In this document: positions 54,527 through 64,000 of the stretch, piece after piece | Numbering within the stretch: the first letter of the stretch is position 1 | Layout of the letters: every line of letters begins with the position of its first letter | NCBI GenBank assembly: GCA_040954595.2 | Contig: CM082596.2 | Span: forward strand, 6,460,791 to 6,524,790 | Length of the DNA stretch: 64,000 nt | DNA from: Balanoglossus misakiensis | Taxonomy: Eukaryota; Animalia; Hemichordata | Direction: 5' to 3' | Position numbers and translations under genes: made by a program | The notes under the pieces: model-generated | What the model saw: only the letters and a program-made list of their open reading frames with translations | The model's database searches: none | What the model was told of the DNA's origin: nothing

Positions 54527-57500
54527 GATGGCGAACGGTTCATGAAGGCTAGCCTTTTACCTGAAGGTGTCAAGTGATGTTGGTTCGAGACCACTATTTT
54601 TCTATTTCTTTTTTTTTCTTTTAACGACATTATCATTGTAATTTTTATCATTTTCATAAATCCAATTCATTTCAAAATCTACGCTTCGTTTTTTATCTGT
54701 CGGGTATAAGAAACATGCAGGGAAACTTGGTCATTTTTTTGTCGCGGTTTACTTCGGCAAGTCTGTATACGGAGTGCTCAGGAGAGAGAAAGATAAACTC
54801 ACTAAAACCGTATCTTTCCGTCCGCATGACCAACCAAGGAGCGAAAAAGTCGTTATTTGGGCCGTAATGAAACGTTTTTGTCGTCGAGGAGTGAATAAAG
54901 AACGGTCAGATCGTTGCAGGGCAGGGAACTCTTATTTGCACCGCGAACTCTTATTTGCACCGCAGCGGAGCAAATAAGAATTTGCACCGCTGCGGTGCAA
55001 ATAAGATCATGGTAGTTATGCTGCAATATAGTGCGGTAAATTTCCGAGTGTTTCGAGTACACATACTGATGGCGAAGGGTTCAGGAAGGGTAGTCTTTTA
55101 CCTGAAGGTGTCAAGTGATGTTGGTTCGAGACCACTTTTCTTCACGAGTCTATTTCTTCTTTTTTTTGAGAACTTTTAACGACATTATCATTGTAATTTT
55201 TATCATTTTCATAAATCCAATTTATTTCAATATCTACGCTGCGTTTTTTATTTGTCGGGTATAAGAAACATGCAGGGAAACTTGGTCATTTTTTTGTCGC
55301 GGTTTACTTTGGCAAGTCTGAATACGGAGTGCTCAGCAGAGAGAAAGATAAACTCGCTAAAACCGTGTCTTTCCGTCCGCATGACCAACCAAGGAGCGAA
55401 AAAGTCGTTATTTGGGCCGTAATAAAACGTTTTTGTCGTCGAGGAGTGAATAAAGAACGGTCAGATCGTTTCGAGGCAGGGAACTCTTATTTGCACCGCG
55501 AACTCTTATTTGCACCGCAGCGGTGCAAATAAGAATTTGCACCGCTGCGGTGCAAATAAGATCATGGTAGTTATGCTGCAATATAGTGCGGTAAATTTCA
55601 AACTGTTTCGAGTACACATACTGATGGCGAAGGGTTCAGGAAGGGTAGTCTTTTACCTGAAGGTGTCAAGTGATGTTGGTTCGAGACCACTTCTTTTTTC
55701 TATTTCTTTTTTTTGAGAACTTTTAACGACATTATCATTGTAATTTTTAGCGTTTTCATAAATCCAATTTATTTCAATACCTACGCTGCGTTTTTTATCT
55801 GTCGGGTATAAGAAACATGCAGCGAAACTTGGTCATTTTTTTGTCGCGGTTTACTTCGGCAAGTCTGAATACGGAGTGCTCAGGAGAGAGAAAGATAAAC
55901 TCGCTAAAACCGTGTCTTTCCGTCCGCATGACCAACCAAGGAGCGAAAAAGTCGTTATTTGGGCCGTAATGAAACGTTTTTGTCGTCGAGGAGTGAATAA
56001 AGAACGGTCAGATCGTTGCAGGGCAGGGAACTCTTATTTGCACCGCGAACTCTTATTTGCACCGCAGCGGTGCAAATAAGAATTTGCACCGCTGCGGTGC
56101 AAATAAGATCATGGTAGTTATGCTGCAATATAGTGCGGTAAATTTCAAACTGTTTCGAGTACACATACTGATGGCGAAGGGTTCAGGAAGGGTAGTCTTT
56201 TACCTGAAGGTGTCAAGTGATGTTGGTTCGAGACCACTTCTTTTTTCTATTTCTTTTTTTTGAGAACTTTTAACGACATTATCATTGTAATTTTTAGCGT
56301 TTTCATAAATCCAATTTATTTCAATACCTACGCTGCGTTTTTTATCTGTCGGGTATAAGAAACATGCAGGGAAACATGGTCATTTTTTTTGTCGCGGTTT
56401 ACTTCGGCAAGTCTGAATACGGAGTGCTCAGCAGAGAGAAAGATAAACTCGCTAAAACCGTGTCTTTCCGTCCGCATGACCAACCAAGGAGCGAAAAAGT
56501 CGTTATTTGGGCCGTAATGAAACGTTTTTGTCGTCGAGGAGTGAATAAAGAACGGTCAGATCGTTGCAGGGCAGGGAACTCTTATTTGCACCGCGAACTC
56601 TTATTTGCACCGCAGCGGTGCAAATAAGATCATGGTAGTTATGCTGCAATATAGTGCGGTAAATTTCCGACTGTTTCGAGTACACATACTGATGGCGAAG
56701 GGTTCAGGAAGGGTAGTCTTTTACCTGAAGGTGTCAAGTGATGTTGGTTCGAGACCACTTCTTTTTTCTATTTCTTTTTTTTGAGAACTTTTAACGACAT
56801 TATCATTGTAATTTTTAGCATTTTCATAAATCCAATTTATTTCAATATCTACGCTGCGTTTTTTATCTGTCGGGTATAAGAAACATGCAGCGAAACTTGG
56901 TCATTTTTTTGTCGCGGTTTACTTCGGCAAGTCTGAATACGGAGTGCTCAGCAGAGAGAAAGATAAACTCGCTAAAACCGTGTCTTTCCGTCCGCATGAC
57001 CAACCAAGGAGCGAAAAAGTCGTTATTTGGGCCGTAATGAAACGTTTTTGTCGTCGAGGAGTGAATAAAGAACGGTCAGATCGTTGCAGGGCAGGGAACT
57101 CTTATTTGCACCGCGAACTCTTATTTGCACCGCAGCGGTGCAAATAAGAATTTGCACCGCTGCGGTGCAAATAAGATCATGGTAGTTATGCTGCAATATA
57201 GTGCGGTAAATTTCCGACTGTTTCGAGTACACATACTGATGGCGAAGGGTTCAGGAAGGGTAGTCTTTTACCTGAAGGTGTCAAGTGATGTTGGTTCGAG
57301 ACCACTTCTTTTTTCTATTTCTTTTTTTTGAGAACTTTTAACGACATTATCATTGTAATTTTTAGCATTTTCATAAATCCAATTTATTTCAATATCTACG
57401 CTGCGTTTTTTATCTGTCGGGTATACGAAACATGCAGCGAAACTTGGTCATTTTTTTGTCGCGGTTTACTTCGGCAAGTCTGTATACGGAGTGCTCAGCA

Positions 57501-59762
57501 GAGAGAAAGATAAACTCGCTAAAACCGTGTCTTTCCGTCCGCATGACCAACCAAGGAGCGAAAAAGTCGTTATTTGGGCCGTAATGAAACGTTTTTGTCG
57601 TCGAGGAGTGAATAAAGAACGGTCAGATCGTTGCAGGGCAGGGAACTCTTATTTGCACCGCGAACTCTTATTTGCACCGCAGCGGTGCAAATAAGAATTT
57701 GCACCGCTGCGGTGCAAATAAGATCATGGTAGTTATGCTGCAATATAGTGCGGTAAATTTCCGACTGTTTCGAGTACACATACTGATGGCGAAGGGTTCA
57801 GGAAGGGTAGTCTTTTACCTGAAGGTGTCAAGTGATGTTGGTTCGAGACCACTTCTTTTTTCTATTTCTTTTTTTTGAGAACTTTTAACGACATTATCAT
57901 TGTAATTTTTAGCGTTTTCATAAATCCAATTTATTTCAATATCTACGCTGCGTTTTTTATCTGTCGGGTATAAGAAACATGCAGCGAAACTTGGTCATTT
58001 TTTTGTCGCGGTTTACTTCGGCAAGTCTGTATACGGAGTGCTCAGCAGAGAGAAAGATAAACTCGCTAAAACCGTGTCTTTCCGTCCGCATGACCAACCA
58101 AGGAGCGAAAAAGTCGTTATTTGGGCCGTAATGAAACGTTTTTGTCGTCGAGGAGTGAATAAAGAACGGTCAGATCGTTGCAGGGCAGGGAACTCTTATT
58201 TGCACCGCGAACTCTTATTTGCACCGCAGCGGTGCAAATAAGATCATGGTAGTTATGCTGCAATATAGTGCGGTAAATTTCCGACTGTTTCGAGTACACA
58301 TACTGATGGCAAAGGGTTCAGGAAGGGTAGTCTTTTACCTGAAGGTGTCAAGTGATGTTGGTTCGAGACCACTTCTTTTTTTCTATTTCTTTTTTTTTGA
58401 GAACTTTTAACGACATTATCATTGTAATTTTTAGCATTTTCATAAATCCAATTTATTTCAATATCTACGCTGCGTTTTTTATCTGTCGGGTATAAGAAAC
58501 ATGCAGCGAAACTTGGTCATTTTTTTGTCGCGGTTTACTTCGGCAAGTCTGTATACGGAGTGCTCAGCAGAGAGAAAGATAAACTCGCTAAAACCGTGTC
58601 TTTCCGTCCGCATGACCAACCAAGGAGCGAAAAAGTCGTTATTTGGGCCGTAATGAAACGTTTTTGTCGTCGAGGAGTGAATAAAGAACGGTCAGATCGT
58701 TGCAGGGCAGGGAACTCTTATTTGCACCGCGAACTCTTATTTGCACCGCAGCGGTGCAAATAAGAATTTGCACCGCTGCGGTGCAAATAAGATCATGGTA
58801 GTTATGCTGCAATATAGTGCGGTAAATTTCCGACTGTTTCGAGTACACATACTGATGGCGAAGGGTTCAGGAAGGGTAGTCTTTTACCTGAAGGTGTCAA
58901 GTGATGTTGGTTCGAGACCACTTCTTTTTTCTATTTCTTTTTTTTGAGAACTTTTAACGACATTATCATTGTAATTTTTAGCGTTTTCATAAATCCAATT
59001 TATTTCAATATCTACGCTGCGTTTTTTATCTGTCGGGTATAAGAAACATGCAGCGAAACTTGGTCATTTTTTTGTCGCGGTTTACTTCGGCAAGTCTGTA
59101 TACGGAGTGCTCAGCAGAGAGAAAGATAAACTCGCTAAAACCGTGTCTTTCCGTCCGCATGACCAACCAAGGAGCGAAAAAGTCGTTATTTGGGCCGTAA
59201 TGAAACGTTTTTGTCGTCGAGGAGTGAATAAAGAACGGTCAGATCGTTGCAGGGCAGGGAACTCTTATTTGCACCGCGAACTCTTATTTGCACCGCAGCG
59301 GTGCAAATAAGAATTTGCACCGCTGCGGTGCAAATAAGATCATGGTAGTAATGCTTCAATAAAGTGCGGTAAATTTCCGTCTGTTTCGAGTACACATACT
59401 GATGGCGAAGGGTTCAGGAAGGGTAGTGTTTTACCTGAAGGTGTCAAGTGATGTTGGTTCGAGACCACTTTTCTTCACGAGTCTATTTCCTTTTTTTTTG
59501 AGAACTTTTAACGACATTATCATTGTAATTTTTATCATTTTCATAAATCCAATTCATTTCAATATCTACGCTGCGTTTTTTATCTGTCGGGTATAAGAAA
59601 CATGCAGTGAAACTTGGTCATTTTTTGTCGCGGTTCACTTGGGCAAGTTGAATACGGAGTGCTCAGGAGAGAGAAAGATAAACTCGCTAAAACCGTGTCT
59701 TTACGTCCGCATGACCAACCAAGGAGCGAAAAAGTTCTTATTTGGGCCGTAATAAAACGTTT
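54527..59762. repeat. ~547-bp tandem satellite, ~9.7 copies, with internal nested palindromes
   Basis: The unit start gatggcgaagggttcaggaagggtag... recurs at ~54527 (degenerate), 55068, 55623, 56170, 56691, 57238, 57785, 58304, 58854 and 59401. Two units are ~27 bp shorter. Confidence 0.97.
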
Positions 59763-59951
59763 CAAAATATATACACACACTTCTCGAAATATATGCATGT
59801 ATACTCTGTCTGAGGATGATAATTTTAACCACATTAATATATATGTTGCTTGTTTTATATCGGAATGATGAGACTGTCGCCACAGTCAACGGTCCGGGCG
59901 GCAAAGAAAACATCTTCCGTCAGCGGATCGGCGTCTGGCGGTAGTTTGAGC

Positions 59952-62900
59952 TTACGGCATCTTCAAGGTGCTTTCTGAAATCTTCGCCACTCTGGTCTGT
60001 GCATCCGGGTCCGTCTTGAACAGAACGGGGTACGCGTCTGGTCTCTTTTCTCTGCAAAGCAGACGAAAGGGTCACGGTGGTGTCATAATGAAGCTAGCTA
60101 ACTTAAAAACTAGAAATACCTAAACACTGTCTAGAAACACAAAAAAATGTTCATCCTCCCCCTCAGTGAAGTACTTAGTCTCGGTTACCCAGACGCCTTT
60201 GCTTCTTCCGATGCTCTCCAGAAAAGGGTCTGGGGAAATGCTATTGAAAGCTTTGTAAAACAAAATGGCCGATGTCAGGATTTTGATCATCGCCCGATTG
60301 GCTGAGCTGTCAGTATGACCCGGGTCACTGACTCTCGACAATGTGTGATTATTTGTCGTTTCTTCATATCAAGAGACCGGTACTTGTTGGTTGATGCGAA
60401 AGGCAAAAGGCGTCCTCTGTTAGCATTGTTGGAGAAATTATATGAAATATCTTTGGTAGACGATTGTCAAAACTATTGCAGTGACCCGGGTCATACAGAC
60501 AGCTCAGCCAATCAGGCGATGATCAAAATCCTGACATCGGCCATTTTGTTTTACAAAGCTTTCAATAGCATTTCCCCAGACCCTTTTCTGGAGAGCATCG
60601 GAAGAAGCAAAGGCGTCTGGGTAACCGAGACTATGAAGTACTACGAGATCGACGCCATTTTGCTCGTGCCAAATTTGCATATAGAAAGAATAAAAATTTG
60701 ACCTGGCAAATTCGGTGCGCCTGCGCGGGACTACTCACTTTCCAAATCGCTCCCCTTCCTCCAGCGTCTCCGGCAAATCCTCGCCGTGCGTTTCCGGGAG
60801 AAGGAGAACCAGCACTCCGGCCAGCATGGACGCCACGCCGAAGAATACTGCCGGCAGATTGGACCACAGCTCCGACATGAGCAGCAGGTGGGGGCCGAAC
60901 ATGCCCAGGATGCGTCCGCCCATGGAACAGGTTCCCATGCCGACGGCTCTGTGTGTGATGGTAGAATGTGAGGGTTAGTCTTATAATTTATGCCATGGCT
61001 GTCTCAGAAAATGCATCTCTCTTTCTCTCTCGCCCTCTCTCTCTCTCGGCAAACACACATACATGTACTAGAATGAGTTTTTCAAGGCAACTTCGTCGTC
61101 GAACATTTGTCCAAATTTACATGTCTGATGTAGCTTACCTCACTGGAGTTGGCAAGAGCTCCGCGGAGAACACAAAAACCATTCCAAATGAACAGGTGAT
61201 GCAGAATTTACCGATTGAGGCTAAGGCGATCGCAATCCCAACGCCGGCGCCACCTGATCAAAAATAATAGGCCTAAATGTGAGCATCTTCACTTGTTGAC
61301 CAATCATCTGATGATCCGAAAACCCATGCTACGATTCGTGTGTAATTGAACGTCGAAGACAGACAGATAGACAGACACATACACACAGTGGGGCTGTTAT
61401 CCATGATTTGACCCACCCCTTCCCTTCTTTACTTACACTTAGGGACAAACGCCATACCGCAACAAGCGCCGCCAGCGATCGCCATGGTGTGGAATATGGA
61501 CCACCGACGTCCGAGAAAGGGCACATTCAGCATGACCATGGCCAGGCAGTAGGCCAGGATCTCGACGACGCCCCCTACCACCCGGTTGAGGTAGTCGTTG
61601 CCGGTGATGTCGGATATGGTGAACGGCAAACCGTAGTACAACAGTGTGTTAACCACCCTGTTGGAGAAAACAGTACAGTGCACATGCGTAATTCATCCCG
61701 TTACAACACGGCTAGCTGTTGATTGGCTGCACCAGTATCACAAACCCTTTGCAGTTCAAGGTGTAACCTCGGAACAAAATTTCGGTAAGTTATCATATCA
61801 TCAAATTGCAATGAGATCTATCCTTTGGAAACTCCTCGCCTAACACTGATATGAATGATTCTCACCAGATGTAGCTTAGTATAATCATTTTCTTTCTCAT
61901 GTTCGGAAGACGGCAGACGTCGAAGATCGTCAAGAAGCAACACTTCTGTTTCGCCTCCTCGTCCTCGTCCTGAAAAAAAGTATATTGACAATTTGTTAAC
62001 AGAAACCTCACACGCCGGTTTAGTGTTACATTGATCGTTGAGAGCAGTACCCTATCATTCTGTGTAACAACGCATAATCGCATCTTCACAAGATAGTAAT
62101 TAGCATTTTAATATCCAAAGATAACAACCATTGCTTATTTTCGGGTCAACTTTACACGGATAACGTAACGGCCAGACAACTCGACGTAGAAAAAGCGTAC
62201 CCTTTTTTCATCGTGCACCACTCTGAGCGGATTCCACGATTCACTCAGGACATCGTCGGGGACAGCCCGGTGATTGATTCTACCGCATTTCATAATAATC
62301 GCCTCGGCTTCCTTGTTTCTTCCCATGGCGAGCAGCCATCTTGGAGACTCTGGCACGACACTGAGAAGGGAACGGGTTAGAAAGCGCACAAGAGTTTTGG
62401 TAACCGGTTGATGGGGGATGCTGTCTTTCATAATGGTAATCTTTGGTTGCTTGTGCTGCCTGCCTGCCTGCCCCCTCTGTCCCCCGCCTCTCTCAAGTGA
62501 CGAGAAACCTAAGTAAAGTGTGTAGCCAGCGCTGATAAAACGTGTGGCAAATTTTTACTCACCAGAAGTACGACCAGAAAAGTGCGGTCGGAACTGATAT
62601 CATTAGCTGCAGTTTATTCCAATACGGAATCAAGTAGGCGTATAGCGCTAGGAACAGATAGCCGACGCCAAACATCATTGCAAACAGCATAGCAGCTACA
62701 CCTCGCTTCGAAGGCCCTGTATATTCCATGACTGGAAAAGAGCAATATTAAGAATAGCTATAGGTATATAGACAGCAATAATTTTAGCCTAACAGCTAGC
62801 AGCTCCACCAATAGATAATAGCTCCATCCATTGCGAGATCTTGGATATAAATTACCCCAGCAACCGGTTGCTGACCAAGTCAGTCGATTTTGCATGAAAC

Positions 62901-64000
62901 TGGAATAGGTGCAGAGTTTAACAACAATCGTAACTTTTGTGGCGTTTAACACGAAGGGTCATGTGATATTTGTCCTTTATCACACGAGAACGCCCTCCTG
63001 TAAGCTGCCAAGCCACGCGAAATCTCGAGGAGTTCGGAACATGGTCTAATGTGCTCGGGTGTTCTGTTTAAAAAAAGTCGAGGATTATTAACTCATACGT
63101 CACCCAGAACAATTCCGGAGAGGTACGCTCCAAAGGTGGCGCTGCCCACGAAGAACCTGGTGACCATGAACACCATCAGACTGGGTGCAAATGCGGTGAC
63201 CGTTCCGTGGATTGTCATCATGGTCACGCCAACCATTAAACCCCTCTTCCGTCCACATCTGCATGGGGGCGGGGAGGGGGAGACATAACCAGAGTAATAT
63301 GACAGACTAGATCTTTGTGTTATTGTATTTTGTAAGTAATGACTCACTCACTCACTCACTCACTCACTCACTGCCTAACTCACGTACTTACCTGTCGATT
63401 AAAAGCCCGAATACAAAAGACCCAAAGAGCACACCAATTATAAACATGGACGTTGCCATGGCTTGGAGATTTCGGTTACCACAGACCAAGTCAAACTGCG
63501 AGAATAACAATAAAGCATAAATGTATAATTATATTAACGTACACACGGTACGCGGAATGGTCACAGCAGAAACAGTCCTGACACTGACTATGTTATGTTT
63601 ATCAAATTTCAGAAAGAACTACGCCATTTTCGGACATGGTCTTTCATACATCTACATGTTTGTACTGGTAATCCGTACTGCGGCAAGCATCTTCAGTTCA
63701 GGTGGGTGTACTGACGTTTGCATACATTTAACTACAAAATGCCCCCAATTACTCCCAAATATGTGATCTTGACGTGGATGAGATATCTTTGGTCTACCCA
63801 CCTCTTGTATTACGGTCAACTTGTACTGTGATCGGTCGTACTCCCAGCCGTGGTCGCACTCTATCGCCGTGAGATTCTCGGAAGCCCCGCTGTCGTGTCC
63901 CGCAGAGTAAGACATCATAACGTCCCGGCTCTGGCTAACATTGACATCGTAGCGGAAGCACTGGCTGAACGCCGAGATCGTGGTGCAGCCGACGACTTTC
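59952..64000 (-). CDS. SLC22 / organic cation transporter family (MFS), 5'-truncated by window edge
   Basis: Exons >64000-63802, 63495-63392, 63258-63104, 62731-62563, 62360-62201, 61969-61866, 61657-61437, 61253-61139, 60948-60739 and 60051-59952, all phase-consistent. Motifs: CDHGWEYDRSQYKLTVIQE|FDLVC, DRCGRK, MEYTGPSKR, PESPRWL, LLYYGL, GRR, SAELLPTPVR, LLPETHGEDLPET. Confidence 0.95.
60176..60633. mobile_element. MITE with ~155-bp terminal inverted repeats and 9-bp TSD (Mutator/MULE-like) in last SLC22 intron
   Basis: Ends are TAGTCTCGGTTACCCAGAC...GTCTGGGTAACCGAGACTA. The TIRs (60176-60330 and 60479-60633) are nearly perfect. The direct repeat TGAAGTACT flanks both sides (60167-60175 and 60634-60642). 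Confidence 0.9.

Noticed and set aside
54527-59762. CRISPR array, or the repeated 60-70 aa ORFs as genes
   Set aside because: The units are ~547 bp and near-identical with no unique spacers and no cas genes, in a eukaryotic context. The ORFs are by-products of the repeat, overlap on both strands, and have no motifs.
54527-59762. Hammerhead ribozyme / retrozyme satellite
   Set aside because: I found no CUGANGA...GAAA core on either strand of the unit (closest are CTGATGG and CTGAAGG).
61308-61325. CTGATGA-tcc-GAAA hammerhead-like core
   Set aside because: There is no room for stem II and no flanking stems are evident.

Overview
This is intron-containing animal genomic DNA, probably from an invertebrate deuterostome such as a hemichordate (inferred only). 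I hand-assembled eight spliced genes, all with GT-AG junctions in consistent reading phase. Five lie head-to-tail on the minus strand (0.5-27.9 kb): a rolling-stone-like membrane protein, a GT31 beta-1,3-glycosyltransferase lacking its DxD motif, an O-fucosyltransferase-family enzyme with a long mucin-like stem, and two paralogous type I membrane proteins. Each of the two paralogues has a signal peptide, seven ~150-aa four-cysteine CARDB/Ig-like repeats (one per phase 1-1 exon), a TM helix and a short tail. Two tandem clan-2 cytochrome P450 genes follow on the plus strand, and a 5'-truncated SLC22 transporter ends the window on the minus strand. Repeats include a Helentron/DINE-like element with internal ~240-bp repeats, a ~547-bp satellite carrying nested palindromes, a Mutator-like MITE with a 9-bp TSD, and microsatellites. 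The best candidate for an undescribed system is the pair of 7-repeat surface proteins, possibly with the adjacent O-fucosyltransferase and GT31 enzymes.
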